From contig NZ_DATJMN010000008.1 of NCBI RefSeq assembly GCF_035508675.1, positions 1-62,080 on the forward strand: DNA of 62,080 nucleotides, given 5' to 3'. This stretch comes from Dyella sp. GTDB taxonomy: Bacteria; Pseudomonadota; Gammaproteobacteria; Xanthomonadales; Rhodanobacteraceae. Of this stretch, positions 29,169 through 38,940 are shown piece by piece; position 1 is the stretch's first letter; every line of letters starts with the position of its first letter. Made by a program: the position numbers and the translations under genes. The notes beneath the pieces were generated by a model. That model saw only the letters and a program-made list of their open reading frames with translations. It was not told the DNA's origin and did not search any database.

Positions 29169-29618
29169 TCAATCCGATTCACCATCGGCATCGAGAAGCA
29201 TCCATCCATCCGGCGCGAAGTGAACGACCGACCGCTGCCGCGCCCGCAGGCGACGCGCGGTGTCCAGCGATGCCGCCAGCACGGGCGCCATCTCTGCGAG
29301 CTCCACGGCGCGATTGCCACGGCGCCGCTGCTTGCCCGCAAAACGCACGCGGTTGTACTGCGACCACGAGCCCATCAACAGCGCGCAGACGATCGCCACG
29401 CACAGCACGATGCTCAGATCGTTGGCGGCATGCAGCGGATGCATCAGGCCCAACTGCTTGAAGGCGTCTTCCACGCCGAGCAGCCAGGCGATCAAGGTGA
29501 GCAAGGGCAGCCACAGCGATATCCAGAGCGTCCACGCCACCATCGTGATGAGAGTGAACAGGGTGCGTTGCAGCGGCGACTGGCGGTGTGGCCGGTTGAT
29601 GATGAAATCGGCTTTCAT
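29169..29618 (-). CDS. pgaD: PNAG biosynthesis protein PgaD
   Basis: Two TMs, WSQYNRVRF; follows pgaC. Confidence 0.9.
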   Translation of the reverse strand: MKADFIINRPHRQSPLQRTLFTLITMVAWTLWISLWLPLLTLIAWLLGVEDAFKQLGLMHPLHAANDLSIVLCVAIVCALLMGSWSQYNRVRFAGKQRRRGNRAVELAEMAPVLAASLDTARRLRARQRSVVHFAPDGWMLLDADGESD

Positions 29619-30865
29619 TGGATTCCCCTGTCAGGACTGGTCCAGATCGCCAGCGTGCCCTTGCGCTTCAGGATCGCCTTGGGCAACGCCACGACGGACG
29701 TGGCGGTGGTCAGCATCCAGTAGACCAGCGGATACCAGATCATCCAGTAGTAGTTGCGGCCGACGCGCGCTTCGTAACGGCGGTCGATCAGCAGGCTGAT
29801 GAGAAACTGCGCCATGCACACCATGCCGAGCACCACACCGTTCCATTGCGGGACGAAGGTGGGAACGTGCAGCGATGCCGGCAACGGCAGGACCAGGCCG
29901 AGCAGCCACAGCAGCATGATGCCGGCCATGTCGAACGACCACACCAGGCTCACCAGATACTCCAGCGCCACCATCCACATGCGCCGCTGTCGCCAGTGCA
30001 AGAGCTTCAATCCATAGCGCAGCAGCACTTCCGAACCGCCCTGCGCCCAACGCAGGCGCTGCCGCCACAAACCACGCAGCGTTTCGGGCATCAGGATCCA
30101 GCACAGCGCATTGGGTTCGTAGCGAATCTCCCAGTGCCGCATCTGCAAGCGCCAGCTCACGTCGATGTCTTCGGTCACCATATCGGTGTTCCAGTAGCCG
30201 ACATCGTGCAAGGCAGACTTGCGGAACGCGGAGATCACGCCGGAGACAGTAAAGATACGCCCGTACACGCGCTGCGCACGCTTGATCAAACCGATGATCG
30301 AGGAGAACTCGCCCACCTGCAGCCGGCCCAGCAAGGTGGAGCGGTTGCGGATGCGCGGATTGCCGGTGACCGCGCCCACGCGCGGGCTTTCCAGCATGTG
30401 CATCACCAGCCAATGGGTGGCATATGAATCGAGCAGGGCATCGCCGTCCACACACACCAGGTAGTCGCCCTGGGCCGCAAGCGCTGCCGCGCGCAAACCG
30501 CTGGCCTTGCCGCGGTTGGTGGCGAAATGCAGTACGCGCAGTTCCGGAATCTCTTTCAGCAATTGATCGAGCTGTGCGCCGGTGTCGTCGGTGGAACCAT
30601 CGTTCACCGCGATGATCTCGAACGCCGGATACGTCTGCGTGGCCAGTTGCTCGATGGTTTCGCGCACATGCGCGCTTTCGTTGTGGCAAGGCACGATCAG
30701 GGACACCAAGGGGTACGCAGGCAGCGGCGGCGGTTTCACGCGCGACGGCTCCCTGCGTTCCCAGCGGAAGAAATAGATCAGGCCGCCGCTCATCCAGATC
30801 AGCGACATCGCCAGCGGATAGAAGAAGGCGAACCCGAGCAAGTCATGGAGCGCGTGACTGATCAT
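29615..30865 (-). CDS. pgaC: PNAG synthase PgaC (GT2)
   Basis: VNDGSTD, DGD, TEDID, QRLRW, WTSPDRG. Confidence 0.96.
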   Translation of the reverse strand: MISHALHDLLGFAFFYPLAMSLIWMSGGLIYFFRWERREPSRVKPPPLPAYPLVSLIVPCHNESAHVRETIEQLATQTYPAFEIIAVNDGSTDDTGAQLDQLLKEIPELRVLHFATNRGKASGLRAAALAAQGDYLVCVDGDALLDSYATHWLVMHMLESPRVGAVTGNPRIRNRSTLLGRLQVGEFSSIIGLIKRAQRVYGRIFTVSGVISAFRKSALHDVGYWNTDMVTEDIDVSWRLQMRHWEIRYEPNALCWILMPETLRGLWRQRLRWAQGGSEVLLRYGLKLLHWRQRRMWMVALEYLVSLVWSFDMAGIMLLWLLGLVLPLPASLHVPTFVPQWNGVVLGMVCMAQFLISLLIDRRYEARVGRNYYWMIWYPLVYWMLTTATSVVALPKAILKRKGTLAIWTSPDRGIQ

Positions 30866-30867
30866 CG

Positions 30868-32736
30868 TTATCGCTCCGGGTAGGGGTAATCGGCGATCGA
30901 GATCGCCGGACGAACCGCTTCCAGCTGTGGCTGGTTGCGAATGAAGTCATCCGGGTAGTAACCGAGGTGCCGCGCGCCTGCGATCTGCAGCAGGCGGAGG
31001 CGCGCGTCGACGTCTTCATCGGTGATCGCGCGGCCCGTGCGCCAGTCGCGCGTAGCCAGTTCGAACAATGTGCGATCCAGCGCATGCGGACCTGCATCAG
31101 CCACTCGCGCAACCAGTGCGCGGTACCAGCTCTCGTTATCCGCCTGCTGGTCCAGTTGCGGCATGGCCATGACGGCGGTGAGGTCGTAGTTGGCCAGGAA
31201 CGCGGGCAGGCTTTGCGCGAACCACGCTTCGGATTGCGGATCCATGATCGGCCGCACATACATGTTGCGCACCGTTTTCACCTCCGGTCGCCAGCGCCGC
31301 ACGCGCGCTGTCAACGCATTGGTGAAATCGATCAACGCCGTGGTGCGCTGCGCAGGCGTCATGTTCGACCATGGGCCGAGCTGGTCCGTGTCGCGGATAT
31401 AGGCGTCGTCGGAGAACAACAGCCCGGCTTCATCGGCGTGCATGGCAAGGTCTTCGTAAACGTCGCCGATCCATTGCCGTACCCGCGGGTCCCACGGCGC
31501 AAGGCGATAGTGATCGCCACCCGGCTTCGGTTCACCGCCCAGCGAGGGCAAGTTCGGCGCATCCGGGAAACGGAAGGCGAGTACCGGCATCCACGCGTAT
31601 ACACGCACTTGTGCGCGCGTGCGTAGTTGCCAGGCCACACGCGAGAACAGGTCCGCGCGCATCGGCAGATGGCGATTCGGGAAATACATGGCTTCCGCCA
31701 CGCCATCGCCTTTCGGGTCGGCATAGGCTTGCAGCCATACCTGGCTGGGATGCATGCGGCGGATGCGATCGAGCAGATGCGAAAGATTGCGTTCCTGTTG
31801 CGCCGGATCCGGATCGTAGACGTAGTCCAGATCCACCTGCACCGCACGTACCGGTTCGACGCGCGCGCGGTGGCGAATCAACCAGCCAAGCCGATTGGCG
31901 CTGATGTTGCCGCTGACCAGCAGACGCGGCAGCGTGTGATCGTCCGGCGAAACGGGGATGGCATCGTCCAGGCTGAAGGAAAGGCCCATGCCTTCGCTGG
32001 CTGCCACCTGCGTCGCTATCTGGTTGTAGGCGCCGTAGGGCCACACGATGGCGCGTGGCCGGTGGCCGGTGGCGTGCTCGATTTCCTCGGCGCTGTGCTG
32101 CAAATCCTTGCGCAAGCGTGCGGTATAGGCGGCAACGCTTTCGTAGCTTGCCGTGCGCGGGTCGTACTCGAGGCTCACCACCGCGGGCAGCTGATTGCCT
32201 TGCGGATTGGCCATGATGCCTTCGTGCAGATCCCAGGTGTGCGAGGCGAATGCCACCAGGCCGGACTGCTGGATTTCACGCACCTGTGCCCAGCTCAGGA
32301 AGCAATCCCGGGCACACGGACCGCCGTTGTACGGCATCTTCTGGCCCGGTGGCATATCCATCCACGAACCTACCAGGGCCGACACCGCCGGATAGTGGTA
32401 GGCACGCAGCAACGGATACACGCGCGTGTAGAAACTCTCCAGCCCATCGTCGAAGGTAAGCAGCACGGCGTGCGGCGGCAGTGGCGCCCCGCCCTGGCGC
32501 GCCTCGATCACCTGATCGAGGCTCACCACGTGATAGCCGTTGGCCTTCAGCCAGTCGAAATGCTCGATCAGGTGATCGGTGCTGGTGGCGTCCGGATCGC
32601 GATCGCCCTGCAAGCCGACGTCGTCGCGCACGTCGTGATAGGTGAGCACGATCAGGGATGCATCCGGTACGAACTCGTTGCCGCGGACCAGCGGCGCAAC
32701 GATCAGCAGCAGCACGGCGAGCAGGGCCAGGCGCAT
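30868..32736 (-). CDS. pgaB: PNAG deacetylase/hydrolase PgaB
   Basis: LTFDDG, SHTWDLH, VDLDYVYD, YFPNRHLPMRADLF, YYPDDF. Confidence 0.95.
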   Translation of the reverse strand: MRLALLAVLLLIVAPLVRGNEFVPDASLIVLTYHDVRDDVGLQGDRDPDATSTDHLIEHFDWLKANGYHVVSLDQVIEARQGGAPLPPHAVLLTFDDGLESFYTRVYPLLRAYHYPAVSALVGSWMDMPPGQKMPYNGGPCARDCFLSWAQVREIQQSGLVAFASHTWDLHEGIMANPQGNQLPAVVSLEYDPRTASYESVAAYTARLRKDLQHSAEEIEHATGHRPRAIVWPYGAYNQIATQVAASEGMGLSFSLDDAIPVSPDDHTLPRLLVSGNISANRLGWLIRHRARVEPVRAVQVDLDYVYDPDPAQQERNLSHLLDRIRRMHPSQVWLQAYADPKGDGVAEAMYFPNRHLPMRADLFSRVAWQLRTRAQVRVYAWMPVLAFRFPDAPNLPSLGGEPKPGGDHYRLAPWDPRVRQWIGDVYEDLAMHADEAGLLFSDDAYIRDTDQLGPWSNMTPAQRTTALIDFTNALTARVRRWRPEVKTVRNMYVRPIMDPQSEAWFAQSLPAFLANYDLTAVMAMPQLDQQADNESWYRALVARVADAGPHALDRTLFELATRDWRTGRAITDEDVDARLRLLQIAGARHLGYYPDDFIRNQPQLEAVRPAISIADYPYPER

Positions 32737-32738
32737 CG

Positions 32739-34826
32739 CTACTCTCCCCAATGCATGGATACGTCGAGCACGACACGCGATTCGTGCCGGCCGTCGTAGG
32801 GTTGCCAGTGCCAGCTCACGCCCCAGCCGAAACGCAGGCCGGCATGCGGCTGGAAGAGTTGCCCGTAGCGCGCGCTGGCCATCCAGCCGGTTGCAAAATT
32901 GCGTTCCCCGTAGCGACCGACCGCGACATCGAAACGCTCACTCCAGACCCGGCTGTCGTACTGGTTGAGTACGTTCTGCAACACACCGGTCAGCGCGTAA
33001 GAGCGATCCCATGACGGATTGAAATATGGGCGATTGGTTTCGCTATTGGTCGAGCCACCGATTTCCACGCCGCCATCGAAGCTCAGGTTCGGCCCGGTAT
33101 GCAGCCGCTGCACGGCATCCGCCAGCCAGCCCTTGCGCAGGTTGCCGTCGGTGAATGCGTCGCGATACACCGCCAGGCGGGCGGACGTCAGTTCGCTCGC
33201 GCGCCACTGCACGGCGGTGCTGAAGGTTTTGCCGGTGATGCCGTAGTACTGCGCACGCAGCGGAATATCCGCGCCGGCGCTGGCCCAGTCGGAAGACCAC
33301 GACCACTGATCGCTGATCGCCCAGTTGAAACCGGCTTCGATATCCGTGCGCCGCACATAGCGATCCACCGCGGGCAGCGCCTGCACGTAGAACGACAGAT
33401 TCGGCATGAAGCCTTGCAGACCGAGGCCGCCGCGATCCCTCGCGACGTGACCCTCGGGTAAAGCGGCGGACGATGCCCGTGCCAATGCCAGCACGCGCCA
33501 ATGATCGTCGATCAGCGGACTGGCCAGCGTCGCCAGTGTTTCCTGGTCGCGATCGCCATAGTCCGGGCTGTTGCCCCAGCCGTTGTCGTGCGTGAGGTCG
33601 AACTGCCAGCCGCGCTGGCGATCCCATGCCTGCAGCGCATCCTGCACGCGGCCACTGCGGCCGGCTTGCTGTTGCGCCTGGCCGAGTGCCGTCTGTGCGC
33701 CCGCGTAGTCGTATACGGCGCTCCTTACATCCGCATCGTCCAGGTTGGCGTTGGCGTCGTGTTCGTCTTCGAGCGCATCGGCGATCTTCAAAGTTTCTGC
33801 CGCGCGGCGCGGCCAGCCACGCGCCAGTTCCGCCATGGCCAACTGGCGGCGCAGGTCCACATTGCCGGGCGCTTCGGCGCACATCGCGGCAAGGTGCGCG
33901 TAGGCGTCGGCCAGCTCGCCCGCGTCTTCGTGCAACTGGATGGCGTTGGAGTCGGCATCGACCTTGCGCGGGTTCTGCCCGACGCCGCGAACGCCCGGCG
34001 TGTGCAGCCAGCGAGGCTCTTTGGCGGCCAGCTGGTCGATCGTGGCGAGCGCTTCGTGCGTGCGCCCCGCATCGAAATACGCGGAGGCCAGGCCGATACG
34101 TGGATCAGCGTCACCAGGCTGATAGGGACCGGGATCACGGCGAATGCTGTCTTCGTAGAGCCCCATCGCTTCGCGGGGCCGGTGCTCCTGCATCATGGCG
34201 TCGGCCACCGCACGCTCCGCATAAGGCGGTAGTGGCACGCCTTGCTGCTTCATCTGCGCGTATTCGGACAGTACTTCGTGCGCGCGGTCGCCTTGGTCCA
34301 GCGCTACCAGCAGATCGAGCTGCGCGCGCCTGCGGATGTTCGCCGGCGCGCCGGCGTCATTTGCGATGCGCCGTATATCTTCGATGGCCTTGTCGTCATC
34401 CGCATAAGGCTGCGTGGCATCGGCAGGGATGCCCTTGGCCCAACGCACCTCATGCGAGGCGTAGTCGGCCTGCAGTCGTTCGCGCTCGGCCGGGCTGAGC
34501 GGCGGCGAAAGCGTGGCCGCCAGTTCCTTCGCGCGCGCAGAGCCGCCCAGTTCCGACAGCAACTGGATGGCAAGCAACTGCGCACGGCGATCGTCGGGCC
34601 AGTGCGCCAGCACTTCCTGGCAATGGGCGAGTGCCTCGATGCGATGTCCCTCGGCGTGCTCGGCGCGCGCCTGCGTCAACAGCGCTTCGCGATCGGGCGC
34701 ATCCTGAGCGGCCAGCGTTTTACCCGTCGCGCACAAGGCCAGCGTGACGAAGACGGCCAGCGTCGCGCGCCGCAACGCGGCTGCTCGCACCGCCGATTCC
34801 CTGCTTTTTTGAACGCACTTTTCCAT
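32739..34826 (-). CDS. pgaA: PNAG export porin PgaA
   Basis: TPR region, RGWPRRA, YFNP, QPYDG C-terminal barrel; start uncertain (AGGAG before ATG 34826). Confidence 0.9.
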   Translation of the reverse strand: MEKCVQKSRESAVRAAALRRATLAVFVTLALCATGKTLAAQDAPDREALLTQARAEHAEGHRIEALAHCQEVLAHWPDDRRAQLLAIQLLSELGGSARAKELAATLSPPLSPAERERLQADYASHEVRWAKGIPADATQPYADDDKAIEDIRRIANDAGAPANIRRRAQLDLLVALDQGDRAHEVLSEYAQMKQQGVPLPPYAERAVADAMMQEHRPREAMGLYEDSIRRDPGPYQPGDADPRIGLASAYFDAGRTHEALATIDQLAAKEPRWLHTPGVRGVGQNPRKVDADSNAIQLHEDAGELADAYAHLAAMCAEAPGNVDLRRQLAMAELARGWPRRAAETLKIADALEDEHDANANLDDADVRSAVYDYAGAQTALGQAQQQAGRSGRVQDALQAWDRQRGWQFDLTHDNGWGNSPDYGDRDQETLATLASPLIDDHWRVLALARASSAALPEGHVARDRGGLGLQGFMPNLSFYVQALPAVDRYVRRTDIEAGFNWAISDQWSWSSDWASAGADIPLRAQYYGITGKTFSTAVQWRASELTSARLAVYRDAFTDGNLRKGWLADAVQRLHTGPNLSFDGGVEIGGSTNSETNRPYFNPSWDRSYALTGVLQNVLNQYDSRVWSERFDVAVGRYGERNFATGWMASARYGQLFQPHAGLRFGWGVSWHWQPYDGRHESRVVLDVSMHWGE

Positions 34827-35100
34827 CGCCAGACTGCTCCTCGCGTCCAACGTGAAAATATTCAGTTCGGTGAAGCCGCTTACCCCCCTGCTCCGTCGAA
34901 CTCCCTCTTACAGGTATAGAGGGGCAAGAATCAGGCCATCAGGCGGTTGAGGAATTCTCACGTGACAAAGACGCCACCCGCGGATGGCCTACGCGTGAAT
35001 AGATGCGCGCCATAACGCGACGAGCCTGATGTAATTAGCTGTTTTCCATGCAAATAACTGCTAACGGACGACCGCCTTACCGTTATCGAGTACCCGGTTA

Positions 35101-35122
35101 AAATGTGATGTACATCACATCA
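35101..35122. promoter_or_regulatory. Consensus CRP/Clp binding site upstream of pgaA
   Basis: AAATGTGA-TGTACA-TCACAT: perfect TGTGA-N6-TCACA. Confidence 0.8.
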
Positions 35123-35192
35123 ACCAAACAGGGGCAGCCGACTGTTTATGTCACTTTCGTCCCCTCCGATTCACCGGCCGAGTACCTGGCGG

Positions 35193-35681
35193 TTATCGAT
35201 GGGATGACGAACGCAGGCCGAACAGGATCAACAGCACCGCACCTACCGTGATGCCGCAATCGGCCACGTTGAACGTGGGGTAGTACCAGTCGCGGTAATA
35301 AACCTGGATGAAGTCGGTGACCTGCGAGGCGTGCAGGCGGTCGATCAAGTTGCCTAGTGCGCCGCCGATCACCAGCGACAGCGGCAAGGCGGTGCGCCAC
35401 TCGCGTCGCGCCGTGCGCATCAGCCACACCACCAGCGCCACGGTGATCGCCACCGCCAGCACCACGAAAAACCAGCGCTGCCAGCCGCTACCCTGCGCGA
35501 GAAAGCTGAAGGCGGCGCCGGTGTTGAAGGCGAGCGTCCAGTTGAGGAAGCCGGGAATAACCGGATGCGGCAGGCCCGGCGGCTGCAATGCCGAGAGTGC
35601 CCACCACTTGGTGAGCTGGTCGAGGGCGATCAGCAAGGCGGAGAGCAGGAGCCAGGGGAGTGCGTTGGGTTTGGGGTGCAT
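35193..35681 (-). CDS. lspA: Lipoprotein signal peptidase
   Basis: DQLTK, NTGAAFS, GALGNLIDR, FNVAD. Confidence 0.97.
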   Translation of the reverse strand: MHPKPNALPWLLLSALLIALDQLTKWWALSALQPPGLPHPVIPGFLNWTLAFNTGAAFSFLAQGSGWQRWFFVVLAVAITVALVVWLMRTARREWRTALPLSLVIGGALGNLIDRLHASQVTDFIQVYYRDWYYPTFNVADCGITVGAVLLILFGLRSSSHR

Positions 35682-35719
35682 GGATGTTCTCAGGAATCAC
35701 ATGGCAATGCGGGATCTTG

Positions 35720-35886
35720 CCCCCTCCCCTGCGTGCAGGGGAGGGTTGGGGTGGGGTGCGAGCGCAGCGAGCGGCCGGGGCCGTACGTCGCAGCCATCGT
35801 TATCAGAACCATGACGAGATTCAATTGCACGCTAAAGCACAAGCAACCCCACCCCAGCCCTCCCCTACTATCGCAGGGGAGGGAGT
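35720..35886. repeat. Composite REP doublet (REPIN/MITE-like)
   Basis: Inverted CCCTCCCCT...AGGGGAGGG-GGGGTGGGG units with a spacer shared with 42074-42252. Confidence 0.8.
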
Positions 35887-35901
35887 TGGTTCGCGGCGGA
35901 T

Positions 35902-38784
35902 TTAGAACCAACGCCGATCCTCGCCCGGCCCTTCCACATTGCCCACGCAACGCCCGCAGATTTCCGGATGCTCCGGATGACTGCCGACGTCATCGCGGCG
36001 ATGCCAGCAGCGGATGCATTTGGGCGCCAGCGTCACCGCCGCCCTCACCCATGCCGTCTTGCCGTCGACATCCGCCACATTGACCTGCGCACTCTCACCG
36101 TCTTGACCAACCAGGGGGTCTACCTTGGATGCCGCCTGCAGCTTCACATCTGACGTGATGAAGAAAAAGCGCAACTCATCCGCCATCGCCGTGTAGCGCT
36201 GGATCAGCTCGGGGTCGGCATGAAGGGTCAGCTCCGCCTCCAGCGCCGCACCGAGCTTCTCGTTCTTGCGCATTTCTTCCAGCACGCGCGAGGCGGTATC
36301 GCGAATCGCCAGCAGCTCGGACCAGTAGCGGCGCTGCGCAGGAGAACCCGGCGTATTCGCCAGGCCGTCGTACCAGGTTTCGAACAACACGCTTTCGCCG
36401 CGCTCACCCGGCATGTGCTGCCAGATTTCTTCCGCGGTGAAGGACAGCACCGGCGCCAGCCAGCGCACCATTGCCTCCAGGATGCGATACATCGCGCTCT
36501 GCGCACTGCGCCGGCCATGGCTGTCGGTCGGCATGGTGTAGAGGCGATCTTTGGTGATATCCAGATACAACGCCCCCATCTCGGTGGTGCAGAAGTTCTG
36601 CACGCGCTGCACGATTTCGGGGAAGTCGTAGCGCTCGTACGCGGCGATCACCGTTTGTTGCATTTCATGCGCCTGGCCGATCGCCCATTGGTCGAGCAGC
36701 AGGCTTTGTTCCACCGGCACCATGTGCCTGGCCGGATCGAAACCATCCAGATTGCCGAGCAGGAAGCGCGCGGTGTTGCGGATACGGCGATACATATCCG
36801 ACACGCGCTTGAGGATTTCCTCCGACAAGGACATCTCGTAGCGGTAATCGGTGGACGCCACCCACAGGCGCAGGATATCCGCGCCCATGCGGTTCATGAT
36901 GTCCTGCGGCTCGATGCCGTTGCCCAGCGACTTGGACATCTTGCGGCCCTGCGCGTCGACGCTGAAGCCGTGCGTCAGCAACTGCTTGTACGGCGGCTTG
37001 CCGTCGAGCATGGACGCGGTGAGCAGCGAAGAATGGAACCAGCCGCGATGCTGGTCCGAGCCTTCCAGGTAAAGATCGGCCGGAAACGCCTGCACGTCGG
37101 CATGCGAGCCACGCAGCACATGCCAATGCGTGGTGCCGGAATCGAACCACACGTCCAGCGTGTCGCGATTCTTTTCGTAATGCTCGGCATCGGCGCCCAG
37201 TAGTTCGGCCGGATCGAGCATCTGCCAGGCTTCGATGCCGCCTTGCTCGACGCGCTTGGCGACTTCTTCCAGCAATTCCGGCGTACGCGGGTGCAGCTCG
37301 CCGGTTTCGCGATGGACGAAGAAGGCCATCGGCACGCCCCACTGACGCTGGCGCGACAAGGTCCAGTCGGGGCGGTCGGCAATCATGCTGTGCAGGCGCT
37401 GCTTGCCCCAGGCCGGGAAGAACTGCGTGGCTTCGACGCCTTCCAGCGCCACTTCGCGCAGCGTCTTGCCGCCGTCCTTGGGGGTGATGTCCATGCCCGC
37501 GAACCACTGCGAAGTGGCGCGATAGATGATCGGTGTCTTGTGGCGCCAGCAGTGCATGTAGCTGTGCGCGTACTTGTGTTGGTGCAGCAGCGAGCCGGCC
37601 TGATCCAGCGCTTCGACGATCTTCGGATTGGCCTTCCACAGGAACATGCCGCCGAACAGCGGCAGCCAGGAGGCATAGACACCGTTGCCCATCACCGGAT
37701 TGAGGATGTCGGCATCCTTCATGCCGTGCGCCTTGCACGACTGGAAGTCTTCCACGCCGTAAGCCGGCGAAGAGTGCACGACGCCGGTGCCGGTATCCAA
37801 GGTGACATAGTCGCCGAAGTAGACCGGCGACAGGCGCGCATAACCCGGATCGACTGCGTACAGCGGATGGCGGAACTTCAAATCGCCCAATGACTGACCT
37901 GGCACGGAGGCGATGATTTGGCCATCCAGGCCATACGTCTTCAGGCATTCCTCCACACGCTCGGTGGCGAGAATCAGCAAGCCCTTGGCCGTGTCGACCA
38001 GGCTGTAGCTGAATTCCGGATGCAGGTTGAGCGCCTGGTTGGCGGGTATGGTCCAGGGCGTGGTGGTCCAGATCACGATCTGGCCGTTGGGCTTGGGCAG
38101 TTTTTCCAGGCCGAACGCTTTGGCGACGGCCGCCGGATCGTCGAACACGAAACCGACGTCGATCGCGATGTCGACCTTGTCCTCGTATTCCACTTCCGCT
38201 TCGGCCAGCGCCGAGCCGCAATCGAAGCACCAGTTCACCGGCTTCAAGCCGCGATAGATGTAGCCTTTACGCAGCAGCTCGGCCAGCGCGCGGATTTCAC
38301 CGGCCTCGTTCTGCGGCGCCATGGTGAGATAAGGACGATCCCACTCGCCCAGCACGCCCAGGCGCTTGAAGTCGGACTTCTGCTTGTCGATCTGCGCGTT
38401 GGCGTAGGCACGCGCCTTGGCCATCACGTCGAGCGTGGGCAATTCCTTGCCGAATTGTTTTTCGATCTGGATTTCGATCGGCATGCCGTGGCAATCCCAG
38501 CCCGGCACGTACGGCGCGTGGAAGCCGGCGAGCAGCTTGGACTTCACCACTACGTCTTTCAGGATCTTGTTGATCGCGTGACCCAGATGGATCGCGCCGT
38601 TGGCATATGGCGGGCCATCATGCAGCACGAACAGCGGACGGCCCTTGGCCTTTTCCTGAATCTGCGCGTAGCGATCCGCCTTTTCCCATTCGGCCAGCCA
38701 GCCCGGCTCGCGCTTGGGCAGGTCGCCGCGCATCGGGAAGGTGGTCTGTGGCAGGTTGATGGTGCTTTTGTAGTCCTGGGTCAT
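35902..38784 (-). CDS. ileS: Isoleucine--tRNA ligase (type 1)
   Basis: GPPYANG..HLGH, GWDCHG, SRQRQWG, KMSKS, C-terminal CIRC/CGRC zinc finger. Confidence 0.98.
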   Translation of the reverse strand: MTQDYKSTINLPQTTFPMRGDLPKREPGWLAEWEKADRYAQIQEKAKGRPLFVLHDGPPYANGAIHLGHAINKILKDVVVKSKLLAGFHAPYVPGWDCHGMPIEIQIEKQFGKELPTLDVMAKARAYANAQIDKQKSDFKRLGVLGEWDRPYLTMAPQNEAGEIRALAELLRKGYIYRGLKPVNWCFDCGSALAEAEVEYEDKVDIAIDVGFVFDDPAAVAKAFGLEKLPKPNGQIVIWTTTPWTIPANQALNLHPEFSYSLVDTAKGLLILATERVEECLKTYGLDGQIIASVPGQSLGDLKFRHPLYAVDPGYARLSPVYFGDYVTLDTGTGVVHSSPAYGVEDFQSCKAHGMKDADILNPVMGNGVYASWLPLFGGMFLWKANPKIVEALDQAGSLLHQHKYAHSYMHCWRHKTPIIYRATSQWFAGMDITPKDGGKTLREVALEGVEATQFFPAWGKQRLHSMIADRPDWTLSRQRQWGVPMAFFVHRETGELHPRTPELLEEVAKRVEQGGIEAWQMLDPAELLGADAEHYEKNRDTLDVWFDSGTTHWHVLRGSHADVQAFPADLYLEGSDQHRGWFHSSLLTASMLDGKPPYKQLLTHGFSVDAQGRKMSKSLGNGIEPQDIMNRMGADILRLWVASTDYRYEMSLSEEILKRVSDMYRRIRNTARFLLGNLDGFDPARHMVPVEQSLLLDQWAIGQAHEMQQTVIAAYERYDFPEIVQRVQNFCTTEMGALYLDITKDRLYTMPTDSHGRRSAQSAMYRILEAMVRWLAPVLSFTAEEIWQHMPGERGESVLFETWYDGLANTPGSPAQRRYWSELLAIRDTASRVLEEMRKNEKLGAALEAELTLHADPELIQRYTAMADELRFFFITSDVKLQAASKVDPLVGQDGESAQVNVADVDGKTAWVRAAVTLAPKCIRCWHRRDDVGSHPEHPEICGRCVGNVEGPGEDRRWF

Positions 38785-38892
38785 CGTTCGGGCGCCGTGT
38801 TTACGGTGGTTCCGCTTCGATGCCCTGGGGGAACCGAAGCCTCGGTGCTTGCCGCGCGCGGCGGCAAGCGCACGCGCTTCGGCGAGAGCTCG
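38785..38892 (-). promoter_or_regulatory. Structured ileS leader with alternative pairings (candidate attenuator)
   Basis: CCGAAGC (38882-38876) or CGAAGC/GGAACC (38819-38808) can each pair with GCUUCGGUUCC (38840-38830); internal GCUUGCCGC/GCGGCAAGC stem. Confidence 0.65.
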
Positions 38893-38940
38893 TCAAATAA
38901 TAATGATCGCTGTGGTGGCTACGGCGGGCATGGTGCTCAT
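38893..38940 (-). CDS. Ile-rich leader peptide MSTMPAVATTAIIII
   Basis: ATG overlaps ribF TGA (ATGA); ends ATC ATT ATT ATT TGA, 108 nt upstream of ileS. Confidence 0.75.
   Translation of the reverse strand: MSTMPAVATTAIIII

Noticed and set aside
26625-35190. attL/attR duplication of the tRNA-Leu 3' end
   Set aside because: No convincing copy of TCCTATCACCGGTACCA found by eye and no integrase, so an intact integrative element is not supported.
36665-38230. 521-aa alternative-frame ORF inside ileS
   Set aside because: Arg/Ala/Gly-rich off-frame artefact.
38785-38936. T-box riboswitch upstream of ileS
   Set aside because: Too short, no UGGNACC T-box consensus and no terminator; the leader-peptide model fits better.
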